Shown in pieces: positions 35,373 through 46,400 of a stretch of DNA of 60,074 nucleotides; within the stretch, counting starts at the first letter, position 1; every line of letters starts with the position of its first letter. The translations under genes and the position numbers were made by a program. The notes below the pieces were generated by a model. That model searched no databases and was not told where the DNA came from. It saw only the letters and a program-made list of their open reading frames with translations. The DNA comes from a virus. Its lineage: Duplodnaviria > Caudoviricetes. The DNA lies in the IMG/VR virus record IMGVR_UViG_3300031965_000030, positions 1 through 60,074 of that record. One strand, given 5' to 3'.

Positions 35373-35927
35373 TTATGCAAATATCGCCAAAATATTTGGC
35401 ATCAACTTATTCAGCAAATAAAATACAGTTTGCAGAAAAATAGCAAGAATAACAGAAATAATTGTAATGGATTTCCCAAATTGTATATACAGATCTTTCT
35501 TTAAATTAGCATCACCAGATTTATGGTCTTCAAATAATTTATTTCTTAGTACACACGTTTGCTTTATTTCCAAAATGTTATTTTCTAAATGAAACATTTC
35601 CCTTTTGAATTCTTCTTTATCAATCTTCCCCCCTGTTTTTACAAAAAGATCTTTAATATTATCAAATATCCTATCTAATTCCTTAGAAAAAACATCTTTC
35701 TCCAAGTTACTAGAATTTTTTAAGTACAAATCCTCAACCGACTTTTTAAGCTCTACTTTTACTTCCATAAATTGACTGGCAAGAAAACTAAATTTATTTT
35801 CCAGTATTTCCAATTCCATTTGGGTTGCCTGAATTTTAATAACATCAGACACCAAATCTTTTATAATTGGAAGTACAGCAGTTAATACTTTATTAGAAAC
35901 TTCATCAGGTAGTCTATCATCAGACAA
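35373..35927 (-). CDS. coiled-coil protein with C-terminal TM helix (possible holin or lysis accessory)
   Basis: ggagg RBS with TTG start; heptad region; C-terminal hydrophobic segment. Confidence 0.6.
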   Translation of the reverse strand: MSDDRLPDEVSNKVLTAVLPIIKDLVSDVIKIQATQMELEILENKFSFLASQFMEVKVELKKSVEDLYLKNSSNLEKDVFSKELDRIFDNIKDLFVKTGGKIDKEEFKREMFHLENNILEIKQTCVLRNKLFEDHKSGDANLKKDLYIQFGKSITIISVILAIFLQTVFYLLNKLMPNILAIFA

Positions 35928-35944
35928 TGTGCTACCTCCCTATA

Positions 35945-36412
35945 TTATTTCAACAAGGCATACAATTTTTGTAAACTTCTATCATACTTTTCTTTTATCT
36001 GTTTATCCGCATCAGATTGCACTCTATCTCTTCTATATCGTGATATATTTACTAATATTCTGAAACCAAAAAAATGTATTTTGGATGGTAACAATATAAA
36101 ATCATCTATATTGAACGCCAAAAACCTCGGGTCTTTAATAATTGAATCATCACCTGTAGCCAAAATGAGCATTGCAATTGGGTCATTTTCTCTTATGATT
36201 TTTATATTGTCAAAAACATGATCAAAACTTCCATTATTATTTTCTGCACCAACTATTATAACAGAATATTTTCCTTTTACTATATCCAATACCCCATCCA
36301 TTGAATTCCAATTTACGTCTATGGATGAATGATTCATAAAAAATTCATTCAATGTCTTTATAATCTCTGATTCATCAGTAAGAACTAAAACACTTTCTTT
36401 TTTCGGTAGCAT
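35945..36412 (-). CDS. receiver (REC)-like domain protein, degenerate
   Basis: VLVLTDE, YSVIIVG, LILATG and IDDFILLP follow the CheY-fold pattern. Confidence 0.65.
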   Translation of the reverse strand: MLPKKESVLVLTDESEIIKTLNEFFMNHSSIDVNWNSMDGVLDIVKGKYSVIIVGAENNNGSFDHVFDNIKIIRENDPIAMLILATGDDSIIKDPRFLAFNIDDFILLPSKIHFFGFRILVNISRYRRDRVQSDADKQIKEKYDRSLQKLYALLK

Positions 36413-37242
36413 TACAATCTCCCTAATAAAGTAGAAATTTTACCCTTCTCATACTGTTTAACTGAAATTGTGTTTATATGTGTTGGAAAATACGCACCTA
36501 TATACTTTTCATTTTCTAAACCAATAACTTTATCACTACCAAGAATTGCTGATGCTAAATACAATGGTCCTGAATCAACACCAATAAATATTTCACATTT
36601 TGCTATTTCTTCTATTAATCTTTTAAGATTCGGTTCTTCAAATCTTAATGAATTTTCTGGTGTAGCTAATGGAAAAACATCTTTTTCAATATCATTTGCA
36701 GAACAATCATAATCCAATCTAAACTGTGGGCGCATATGCACTTCAAATGGCATATACCCCGCTTCTATAATCCCCTGCCATATTTTTTCTGCTATAATCT
36801 GAGGACAAAATTTCAGTAATGAAGAACTATGCCCAAAGAAATGTAACCCAATTCTTTTTATTACTTTATTGCGTTCAACCATATGCCTGTATGGTTTCCA
36901 TATAAAATTTGGAATCCCAAATTCCAAAGATGCACAAATATATGGTTTCGGCATTTCAGTCATATGTTCCACTGGTAAACATGAGTTGCAGGGTTCTGGG
37001 TACCTCACCCTATAAATAAAAGAATATATATTTTTATCAAAAATTTCAGAGTCCACATATACAACATTTGGATATATCTCTTTTAACTGTCTTTTTGAAT
37101 CAGAACCTATAACCAATTTTGTTTTTGTTTGTTTCTGTAATTCAAAAAATACTGGTAAAAAATTACAAAAGTCACCAAGTCCGTGATTAAATATAAGTAA
37201 AACCATTCCTTCTACATTATTTATCTGTTCCAAAATTGTCAT
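36412..37242 (-). CDS. glycosyltransferase family 9-like
   Basis: HGLGD, FIGVDSGPLYLA. Confidence 0.8.
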   Translation of the reverse strand: MTILEQINNVEGMVLLIFNHGLGDFCNFLPVFFELQKQTKTKLVIGSDSKRQLKEIYPNVVYVDSEIFDKNIYSFIYRVRYPEPCNSCLPVEHMTEMPKPYICASLEFGIPNFIWKPYRHMVERNKVIKRIGLHFFGHSSSLLKFCPQIIAEKIWQGIIEAGYMPFEVHMRPQFRLDYDCSANDIEKDVFPLATPENSLRFEEPNLKRLIEEIAKCEIFIGVDSGPLYLASAILGSDKVIGLENEKYIGAYFPTHINTISVKQYEKGKISTLLGRL

Positions 37243-38057
37243 ACTATTTTTCCCATGTTTTCAATGTTGACTATAGAATAACACTTGGAAACATCTTTAT
37301 CCAGATAAATTTGTTTTCCAATAATACCATCATATGATATAAAATCAATATGAAATTTATGATTATTTATAGCAACCCAATACCCTTTATTTTGTATATC
37401 ATCAATTAAACAATTTGGATTACCATCAACCTTTACATTGTAATTTCCAAGAATTACTTTTTTATTTCCAGAATCACAAAAACAAAGTTTACCACGGGAA
37501 TCAAAAATAATACCGTTTGGGAATTTACAATTTGATCTTACTATTCTTTGATTTGATAATTCAACTATACATCCATTGCTAGAATCATTTCTCCAATTTG
37601 GGCCATATATTGATGCATACCATCTACTATTATGTATTACCAATCCTGAAATATAATTATAATCTGTTTTTGAATTTGTGAGGGCATAATGTAATGTGTC
37701 ATTTTCTAATTTCTTTGTTTCCGAATTATATGTAATACTTCGTATGCTATCTGTTCCAGAAGAAACGACATACATTTTATTTTTCATTATTGGGATTACT
37801 GAAGTAATAAACTTAGCTTCTGTAACAAAACTTTTCCTTGATGTTACAAAAATTATTCTGGAATAAGGATCAACATCATTATTGGCAACAGCAATTAACT
37901 CATTTTCAAATCCACATACAAAATCTATTTTGTCTATAGATGCTATTCCCCCAACACCTAGAGAGTCAAGTGGCATTATCATTGATCCCCCATTGTCCGT
38001 GTTTACCTGAACCAAACAACACCCTGCTTTCTTCTGAATTCCAAGTAATAACTTCAT
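37239..38057 (-). CDS. beta-propeller protein (DUF4915/TIGR03032-like)
   Basis: beta-rich; W...NGCIVEL...FPNG...LCFCDSG. Confidence 0.55.
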   Translation of the reverse strand: MKLLLGIQKKAGCCLVQVNTDNGGSMIMPLDSLGVGGIASIDKIDFVCGFENELIAVANNDVDPYSRIIFVTSRKSFVTEAKFITSVIPIMKNKMYVVSSGTDSIRSITYNSETKKLENDTLHYALTNSKTDYNYISGLVIHNSRWYASIYGPNWRNDSSNGCIVELSNQRIVRSNCKFPNGIIFDSRGKLCFCDSGNKKVILGNYNVKVDGNPNCLIDDIQNKGYWVAINNHKFHIDFISYDGIIGKQIYLDKDVSKCYSIVNIENMGKIV

Positions 38058-38075
38058 AATTTCCTCATGTGGATA

Positions 38076-38109
38076 TAGTAAAGGCTCTTTATTACAAGAG
38101 CCTTTACTA
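38076..38109. other. 14-bp perfect intergenic hairpin without U-tract
   Basis: tagtaaaggctctt-6nt-aagagcctttacta. Confidence 0.75.
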
Positions 38110-38128
38110 ATCTTATATTTATTCTGGA

Positions 38129-39007
38129 TTAAAGATGACTATACTTTAATACAGAATTTACTATTTCATTTACTGTAATTAATTTCATACACTCTGGTTC
38201 TCTGTTTATCTTCCTTGAACAATCTTTTAAAGTTTTTTTCCAACAACCACTATATTCACAACAGGACAAATAACCAACACTTGATAAATACGTTTGTCCA
38301 TTATACATATTCCATGCGTTACCTTCTCTCCCACCAGCAATAACAACACATGGTTTTCTAAATGCTGCTGCTACATGCATTTGCAAACTTACTGCGCCAA
38401 TAGAACCACTTGCATGATACATAACAGCAAAATAATCTCTTAGGTTATCTGTTTTTCCAATTAAGCTTTCAACACCTTTTATCCTTGGGTGTATATGGTG
38501 TGAATGTCCAACTTGATATATTTTAATTCCCTTTTCTAACAATGAATTAATAACTTCCTGCCATTTTGATGTTGAATACATTTTTAATGGCATGTCAGAT
38601 TTAAATCCTGCATTAAATACCCAAAATGGTTTTGAAATCCCAAGTTTTTCCAGAATTGTATCCTTTTCTTCTTTTGTTAAATACAATTCTGGAAAAACTG
38701 ATGTTTGTTTAATGTTAATATTAAGAACATCATTTATTGCTGTTATAAAAGCTGATGAAAAATGTTTCCCACTTACCTTTTTAAGTGAAAATTCAGTAGA
38801 ATAATCAATAGTTAAAACTTCTGTTTTCTCATCAAATACTTCACCTTTTTGAATAACATAAGGATTATTATAAAATATTTCTGGGTAATATGATAATACA
38901 CCGATATTAAATTTATTCGGGTATGACAATTGCAAATCCCTTAAAGCAGATGTTAATACAAGATTGTCCCCAGGGGCTTGCATTTGTTTAAATAATATAT
39001 TCCTCAT
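38129..39007 (-). CDS. glycosyltransferase family 9-like with Cys-rich C-terminus
   Basis: QAPGD, YQVG, LIGKT, SLQMHVAAAFRKP, CCEYSGCW...C...ECMKLIT. Confidence 0.85.
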   Translation of the reverse strand: MRNILFKQMQAPGDNLVLTSALRDLQLSYPNKFNIGVLSYYPEIFYNNPYVIQKGEVFDEKTEVLTIDYSTEFSLKKVSGKHFSSAFITAINDVLNINIKQTSVFPELYLTKEEKDTILEKLGISKPFWVFNAGFKSDMPLKMYSTSKWQEVINSLLEKGIKIYQVGHSHHIHPRIKGVESLIGKTDNLRDYFAVMYHASGSIGAVSLQMHVAAAFRKPCVVIAGGREGNAWNMYNGQTYLSSVGYLSCCEYSGCWKKTLKDCSRKINREPECMKLITVNEIVNSVLKYSHL

Positions 39008-39162
39008 TACATTACCAGAAACATTTTGCTGGCATCCTCTGCTGATTCCTCCGCTAAATATGTTGCAACTATCTGAATAGCAATTTTTGGTATTGTAACA
39101 TTTGGTTTTGGTGTTGTAAGTATCTGAACATTCAGTTGTGGAATTTTAAGAACATCCGCCAT
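39007..39162 (-). CDS. small protein (51 aa)
   Basis: ggagg RBS; MADVLKIPQLNVQIL; TAATG overlap with the GT9 gene. Confidence 0.6.
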   Translation of the reverse strand: MADVLKIPQLNVQILTTPKPNVTIPKIAIQIVATYLAEESAEDASKMFLVM

Positions 39163-39175
39163 AATTGCCTCCCTT

Positions 39176-40219
39176 TTATGATGTTATCTCAACACCAAAT
39201 TCTGCCGAATTTATTAAAGCCGGTGTCCAAGCCCCACCAGAATCAGGATCACGCTCAACAACAAAAGATCTTCTATGTGGGGTTATATTAGCAGATTTTC
39301 CTGCGGATTGCACTTCAGTTGCAGCATTATTTACAAACTGCTTAAACCCACGAGTACCAGCATCTGTATTTAAATCAATTTGATTAACCACAATACCAAA
39401 TATGCTTCTACCATCATCAGAAGCTGTTACACCAACTGAAAATCTTTCTCCGACAGCATCACCTACAACATAATCCGCAGCAGCAGGAGGAATTTCATCA
39501 ACAAGAGCATATCCATCAGAACCTGTTGAATAAGCAAAATCCTGATCAACACCATCGGATGTAGGAACAGCTACTTTAACCCAAACATCACCAAGATAAG
39601 TATTGTTGTAAGATCCAGTAGCATCACAAATATACCAATCATCAATGTGTTCTAAGTGATATGAGGAATTAGCACCAAGTTCAATATACCCACAGGTGCC
39701 AGTCTCACCAATATCAGTATTAACCCCAGTAGCAGAAGCAACAACGGAACCATCAATTTTCATTTCAACTGAACCACTTGAGTTGAATACAATTTTTAAC
39801 TCAAGATAGTACCAATCCCCAACAACCTGATTAAATGCACTTGTAGCTAAAACTGTATCATTATAGTCACCACCCCTTATTTGTAATTCAGTCCCTGTAC
39901 TATCCAAAGTCACTGTAATTTGTGGCGTTGATCCTGCACCAGCAGAAAAGAATGTTAAATATTCATTATATACGTGACCATCAGATAATGGAACTACGGA
40001 AACTCTTTTAATGGCAATCCCCATAATCAAAGTGCTTCCAGACATACTAATTATTTTACCAATTGATGGGAGTGTACTTATTTGTGCTCCAATATCCAAT
40101 CGCCCATAGTTTGTGGAAAAGGCACAATATGACGTAGCCACATAATCAAATAGATATGCCTCATATTCAGGTGTGCCAGTAGGACCTATACCATCAAAAC
40201 CCTCAGCAAAAAGTAACAT
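39176..40219 (-). CDS. virion protein with ConA/LamG-like beta-sandwich
   Basis: WYYLELKI...IDGSVVAS...IDDWYI; tail context. Confidence 0.65.
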   Translation of the reverse strand: MLLFAEGFDGIGPTGTPEYEAYLFDYVATSYCAFSTNYGRLDIGAQISTLPSIGKIISMSGSTLIMGIAIKRVSVVPLSDGHVYNEYLTFFSAGAGSTPQITVTLDSTGTELQIRGGDYNDTVLATSAFNQVVGDWYYLELKIVFNSSGSVEMKIDGSVVASATGVNTDIGETGTCGYIELGANSSYHLEHIDDWYICDATGSYNNTYLGDVWVKVAVPTSDGVDQDFAYSTGSDGYALVDEIPPAAADYVVGDAVGERFSVGVTASDDGRSIFGIVVNQIDLNTDAGTRGFKQFVNNAATEVQSAGKSANITPHRRSFVVERDPDSGGAWTPALINSAEFGVEITS

Positions 40220-40230
40220 TTCGTTCTCCT

Positions 40231-42126
40231 TTAAAATCCTTTATTAACAGCCATGCAATCATGTTTAGAATCCTCTGAATTGTATCTAAAACCAATGTAA
40301 TTTTTTGTACTCGCCGTAAGAGTTGGACTTGGAACATCATCACTGAATCTAACAACAGCATTCCATGTTGGTGTGTATGTTACCGGATTTATAACAAGTA
40401 AAATTGGTTTTTGTTCCACTGGATTGCTAAATGTTATTTCACTATCCTGTGTAAGAGTGAATTTAAAAACATCACCAGCAGAACAATCAATGGTAATAGT
40501 CGCACCATCAGATGGTGTAATAACGCTTGGAGCTGGTAATCCCGTTTCAACATTATTAGTCTGATTCCATACAGCTGCACCTACTGTTGAATCAACGCAT
40601 ATATAAGAATTATCTGCTGTAACATCAATCCATATAGACCCAACTGAATATCCCTCACCAGAGTCATCGTTTGCTGTTGGAGCTACAGTTGCATCTAGTT
40701 TATCTAGTATAGCTACAGAACTATTAGTCTGGTTCCATACAGCTGCACCTACTGTTGAATCAACGCATATATAAGAATTATCTGCTGTAACATCAATCCA
40801 TATAGACCCAACTGAATAACCAGCAGAAGAGTCATCATTTACTGTTGGAGCTACAGTTGCATCTAGTTTATCTAGTATAGCTACAGAACTATTAGTCTGG
40901 TTCCATACAGCTGCACCTACTGTTGAATCAACACATATATAAGAATTATCTGCTGTAACATCAATCCATATAGACCCAACTGAATAACCATCGAAAGCAT
41001 CATCGTTTGCTGTTGGAGCTACTTCTGCATCTAGTTTATCCAGTAAACTGTTTGTTTTATTCCATACTGCCGCTCCTTCTGTTGAATCAACGCATATATA
41101 AGAATTATTTGCTGTAACATCAATCCATATAGACCCAACTGAATAACCAACAACGGTGTCATCGTTTGCTGTTGGAGCTATTTCTGCATCTAGTCTATCT
41201 AAATAACTGTTTGTTTTATTCCATACTGCCGCTCCTTCTGTTGAATCAACGCATATATAAGAATTATCTGCTGTAACATCAATCCATATAGACCCAACTG
41301 AATATCCCTCACCAGAGTCATCGTTTGCTGTTGGAGCTACTTCTGCATCTAGTTTATCCAGTAAACTGTTTGTTTTATTCCATACAGCTGCACCTACTGT
41401 TGAATCAACACATATATAAGAATTATCTGCTGTAACATCAATCCATATAGATCCAACTGAATAACCAGCAGAAGAATCATCATTTACTGTTGGTTCTACA
41501 GTTGCATCTAGTTTATCTAGTAAACTGTTTGTTTTATTCCATACTGCTGCTCCTTCTGTTGAATCAACACATATATAAGAATTATCTGCTGTAACATCAA
41601 TCCATATAGATCCAACTGAATAACCCTCACCAGAATCATCATTTACTGTTGGTTCTACAGTTGCATCTAGTTTATCTAGTATCTGATTTATAGATTTAGC
41701 ATTCAGTTTTACAAAAAATAATTCATTAGATGTAGCATTTTTATAGGCTAATACAACCCTTCCAGAAGGGCAAATATTTGATGCCACACTAAAAGTAATA
41801 TCTTCAACATCAACTGTAATAACTTCTGCCTGTGTTTCAACAAGATCAACAAACAATATCTGATTATCTGCTATTACCTGGCTACTAGCAGATATCGTAT
41901 TTTTAATTACTGCACCATCAGATTTAGTAAAAATTAAATCAATATCTGCACTCCAGGTCAAAGTTCCGGTACTGCTATTCCAATCAATAGTTCCCGCAGT
42001 ATGAATTATTAAATTTCTAAAATAAGCTATTTCTGCATCAAGTTCATATAATGGAGCATTCATATCAGCAGCAGAAAATGAAGTAACAGAATTTGCCCAT
42101 ACAGATATGTAATTAGGAATTGACAT
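40231..42126 (-). CDS. tail fibre-like protein with seven tandem domains
   Basis: Seven 53/56-aa repeats; ggagg RBS before ATG 42126. Confidence 0.8.
   Translation of the reverse strand: MSIPNYISVWANSVTSFSAADMNAPLYELDAEIAYFRNLIIHTAGTIDWNSSTGTLTWSADIDLIFTKSDGAVIKNTISASSQVIADNQILFVDLVETQAEVITVDVEDITFSVASNICPSGRVVLAYKNATSNELFFVKLNAKSINQILDKLDATVEPTVNDDSGEGYSVGSIWIDVTADNSYICVDSTEGAAVWNKTNSLLDKLDATVEPTVNDDSSAGYSVGSIWIDVTADNSYICVDSTVGAAVWNKTNSLLDKLDAEVAPTANDDSGEGYSVGSIWIDVTADNSYICVDSTEGAAVWNKTNSYLDRLDAEIAPTANDDTVVGYSVGSIWIDVTANNSYICVDSTEGAAVWNKTNSLLDKLDAEVAPTANDDAFDGYSVGSIWIDVTADNSYICVDSTVGAAVWNQTNSSVAILDKLDATVAPTVNDDSSAGYSVGSIWIDVTADNSYICVDSTVGAAVWNQTNSSVAILDKLDATVAPTANDDSGEGYSVGSIWIDVTADNSYICVDSTVGAAVWNQTNNVETGLPAPSVITPSDGATITIDCSAGDVFKFTLTQDSEITFSNPVEQKPILLVINPVTYTPTWNAVVRFSDDVPSPTLTASTKNYIGFRYNSEDSKHDCMAVNKGF
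40556..41679 (-). repeat. 159/168-bp coding tandem repeat, 7 copies
   Basis: LDKLDAxVxPTxNDDxxxGYSVGSIWIDVTADNSYICVDSTxGAAVWNxTN, near-identical at DNA level. Confidence 0.93.
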
Positions 42127-42304
42127 TAGTATTGCCTCCAAAGAATTTAAACTTTTCTTTTAATTCTGTTAATACATTTTCCGCCATTTTATCCCTATTG
42201 ATGCTATCAACCTCAGCTTTTTTCCCAAGATCATTAAATTTTTTATTTAACAATCTTAACTCACCAAGTATTTCCAATAATATTGCCTCTGTTTTTTCTG
42301 TCAT
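42113..42304 (-). CDS. small coiled-coil protein
   Basis: aagga RBS; helical. Confidence 0.6.
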   Translation of the reverse strand: MTEKTEAILLEILGELRLLNKKFNDLGKKAEVDSINRDKMAENVLTELKEKFKFFGGNTNVNS

Positions 42305-42319
42305 ATTATCATCCTTTTA

Positions 42320-43486
42320 TTATGCAGCAACGTAACTGTAACAATAAACGTAAAATATCATTTTATACACTACATCACTTTCAAGGGTTACAGACATTAA
42401 TGGACTAAGTTTTGGATCTATTTCTACTTCAGAATCAAATTCTGGTGTAAAAACGCCGGTCCATTTACCTGAACTATTCGTTGTTAATCTAAAAATACTG
42501 GCTGATATTTCTGTACTATTGGTAAAAGTAGCTCCCCCCAATTCTAATTCCACCAAAATGTTATCCGATTTTTTAAATGGCATTCCATACTGATCAACTA
42601 ATTGTAAGGAAAGAGTAACAGACTCGGCGGCACTACCAGTCTCCTGTATAAAAACATAATCATATCCTGATTCATCAAATCCATCAGGTTCATACCCTAT
42701 AGTCAAAACGAAACTGGATATTTCAATTTGCTGGAATTCCGGGGTACTCCATTCCAAATCTATATAATATTGCTTAATCTCTCCGGCACCACCAACAACT
42801 AAAATTGTGTGTAAAAGTAAATGCCCACTTGGGGTATCCGGTATAATGGAATCCTCATAAGAGGTAAATACAGTTCCGACTACATAATCAACTACCTTAT
42901 CCGTTCCAATAACAATTTTATCTATTCTATATTGCCCTACTGTAGTCAAGTCATTTATGGTTATATACTTTAAGTATCCAGAGGACATAATATCAGTGGA
43001 ATCAACCACCATAATAGTAGTAGAATCTGATTCCATAATAATACCACCAAAACTTGATACTGTGTATATAATCTCATTCATTCTAAAAACACCAGTAGAC
43101 AAAGTTACAACCATAGACCCGTCTTCTAATGCCCTTAAATTAAAACCAGATATTACCCCATCAGTAGTTCCTGTTGTAGGGGGTCCAGTGACATCATTCC
43201 CCAACAATGTTGGTATAACCTGACTATTCCCAACTATTTCCATTTTATCTGATTTTCCACCTGTATGCAATATTTTAACCGCATTTCCAGGTTTTAAATA
43301 CCTTGGTGTTTGTTCAAGGTTTTCATGATAATGCACAACAACTAATTTTGAACTTCCCTGAAGTTTTACCCTGCAAGTTTTAGCGGATGTATCTACATCA
43401 TAAACCATTGCATTTCTGGTTTCTTTTCTTCCAGAAGATACCCGAAGCATTTTATTTTTTAAAAATGTCTTTTTAAAATCTGTCAT
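42320..43486 (-). CDS. tail tip/spike-associated protein
   Basis: N-terminal OB-fold-like segment; ATGA overlap with the upstream tail gene. Confidence 0.6.
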   Translation of the reverse strand: MTDFKKTFLKNKMLRVSSGRKETRNAMVYDVDTSAKTCRVKLQGSSKLVVVHYHENLEQTPRYLKPGNAVKILHTGGKSDKMEIVGNSQVIPTLLGNDVTGPPTTGTTDGVISGFNLRALEDGSMVVTLSTGVFRMNEIIYTVSSFGGIIMESDSTTIMVVDSTDIMSSGYLKYITINDLTTVGQYRIDKIVIGTDKVVDYVVGTVFTSYEDSIIPDTPSGHLLLHTILVVGGAGEIKQYYIDLEWSTPEFQQIEISSFVLTIGYEPDGFDESGYDYVFIQETGSAAESVTLSLQLVDQYGMPFKKSDNILVELELGGATFTNSTEISASIFRLTTNSSGKWTGVFTPEFDSEVEIDPKLSPLMSVTLESDVVYKMIFYVYCYSYVAA

Positions 43487-46400
43487 AGTAAAACCCATCC
43501 TTCACAGTCATCTAAAATATACCCATCATTACCTTTAATCCCAGGCTTTTTATACTTTCTATTTAAATCTGTTATAAATATCCTAAGAGGCAATCCAGTG
43601 TATGGATGTGGAATAACTATTGTATCCCCTTCTTGGTCTTGTAAATTTGTTACTTTTTTAAATTTAACTCTGCGTCTTTGTAATTTAGTAATCAAAAGTT
43701 CAAAATCAGCCACTTCCTGGCACTGCGCTACGGTATGCGTTAAGAATCCCTCAATTTGATCAATGACTGTTCTACCTATAAGCCTCTGCATTTCCATATC
43801 ATTTGCATCAGCTTGAACAGAACGCCTAACATAACCAACAGGACTACCCCATATTTCATATTGAAAATTACCTATAGACCCCAAAATCATTAAAGCTAGT
43901 TGAAGACTTATACCTTCAACCGTTCTTCCTATGGATATGGTACTATCACTCCAAATACTTAATCCATCTGGTATTCTTGTTGCCATTAGATATCCTCCAA
44001 TTGCAGCAATTAACATTGGAATAAGGTTTGGTGCCGTTATTGTTACAATGCAATACTGATTTTCCACTGTGTCCACAAATGATATTTCTTCATCAATACC
44101 ACCAGCTAATTGAAATGCAATGCTTGTTGCTGTTTCCAAAACTTCCAGTCTTGGGTATTTTGCACGTTTACTTTTATCTTCACTATAATATATATAAAAA
44201 TCTTTTTTAAATCCCCACCAACCTACTGTACCGGATAAAACAGATAATCTTTCTTCTTCTAAAATAATTTCTGTAAAGTCTTGTTCCTCACCAGAAACAA
44301 CTACACTATTTATAAAATCAGAAAATTCATAAGTTGGGGAAAATTCAATACATGTACTTAAATCAGTATATGTATTATCTGTATCATTATCATTTGAAAT
44401 TGGTCTTATTGTAAAGTTATCATCTTCATCTATTCTTGAAAAATAACCAAATCTGTTACTCAAGTCATTTACAATTGATTTTAAGTCACTATCCACCCAT
44501 TGATGCACAATTGTAAAACTTGTTGGTATTTCTGGGACATCAATTTCACCAGCCTCCATATCCCCAAACTCTGTTATTAAATCTAAAAATATATTTTCTG
44601 GTGTAGCAGAATATGATTCTGTGGCAACTATCTTATTCACATCCCAAAATATTCTTTTATCCTGTGCTGTAACCATCATTTTTGGGGCACTTCCCTTTAC
44701 ATATGATATTGATGCCTCATTTATAATAAATGATCCTTGATTTTGCAAGTAATCAATACCAGATATTTCCTCTCCAATTCTTACTGTTATCTTTCTCCCT
44801 TTAACAAGAAATATGGACAACAATGAAGTTGAATTATAAGGATCAAACAAATGCCCAAGGGAAACATTAAATTTTAGTGTATTAAGGGCACCATCAATGC
44901 TTCTGGAAATACTTATTTCATCATTAGTAAGATGTTGTGTTAGATCATAAGAAGCCTGTTCTTTATCCCAACGTACTTTTGTGGAATCATCAGATGTATC
45001 CAAATTTGTCCAAAATACATACATTGCGTTTGTTGTTGGTTCTAGTGATACATTTGCATCACTATCACTGGTTCCACTTACCAATTCTGTGCTTTCAGAA
45101 AACCCCCATGATCCAGTTTTAGTACCTATACTATAATAAATAGTATTAAATATATTTCCAGGATTTATATTTAAAACACCACCAATATATGGTGCAACGT
45201 ATATTTGCCCAGTATCTTCGTCAAAACCTAAAAGTGTATCCACTTGGTTATTACTTTCCGGGAACAAACCCGGAACTGAGGTATTATTATAAATTTCCCA
45301 TGTTTCTGTAGCTGTATCAAAAATTAATAGCCCATCAACTGTGGCCACTAACAGTTTATCATCTATGTAAGCTGTTATCTTTTTTATATCATATTCATCT
45401 TTGGTTGCATGAGTTGGTCTATGAAACTTAATAATATCATTTCCAAGGTTAATTTCACATAACCCACGTTTTTCCCTTTCCAACATATTATAATCAGAAT
45501 ATGGAAAAGAACAGTAAATTTTTCCATTATAATAACAAACATGATTAACACCAAGATAGGGAAACCCTGTTGTACTTCTAGTATAATATTTGTATAAATC
45601 ACCTGTAGATTTTATCCATATTCGTATATGCCCAGTAACCTGGGGTATATAAGATTTAGAACATGTCCAAATTAAATCAGCAATTTCATCAAAACCAAAT
45701 TCACCATTACTATTTAAGGAACGAAGTTCACCTTCACCTTGAACAGCGGATTCTGTAACTAAAGAAAACCAAGTGTATTCCGGGCCAACATCAACTAAAG
45801 AAATATAGCCAATAAGCATCCATCTATTATAAATTGATGGATTTGTTAATGCTACATATACTCTAGCATTAGCTTCATCTATAAACATGGAAACAATAGT
45901 GAATCCAGAAACATAAGGATGCGAAATATTTTTCGTAAGGCTATATGTTGCATTATCCCAAAAATTATACTGCGCTATTGTTTCTGTTAATGTATTTATA
46001 ATTGCAAAGCAGTTTGACGTTCTGGATAAAACAGGTATCCACTTTCCGGCACCAAACTTATTATTCCAACCTGTAGAACTGCTAACAAAATATAATTCAT
46101 TTAAAGCCGGACTTGTAAATTCATCCCAATAATCCGTAATTCCCCATGTTGCAACATCAATCTCAACAATGCTATGCAGATATGACCCACCACCACCATC
46201 ATAACTGTTTATCACATATAATTTGCCAGTTTCAGGATCATAATGCCCATCAGTAACATTATCATCTTGAAATGTAGATACAGGCCACAAGGGATCACTT
46301 GTGTCTATATACAATGAATTCATTTGTAAATTAAAAACCATATTCATAGTTGTGGAATTTATTTGATAACTTTTTGGGTTATCCCCAAGCATTCCAGCAG

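Noticed and set aside
35181-35927. Complete lysis cassette
   Set aside because: Membrane proteins are present but there is no recognisable endolysin or spanin in the window
39176-42126. Diversity-generating retroelement acting on the tail fibre
   Set aside because: No reverse transcriptase and no template/variable repeat pair with adenine-specific differences
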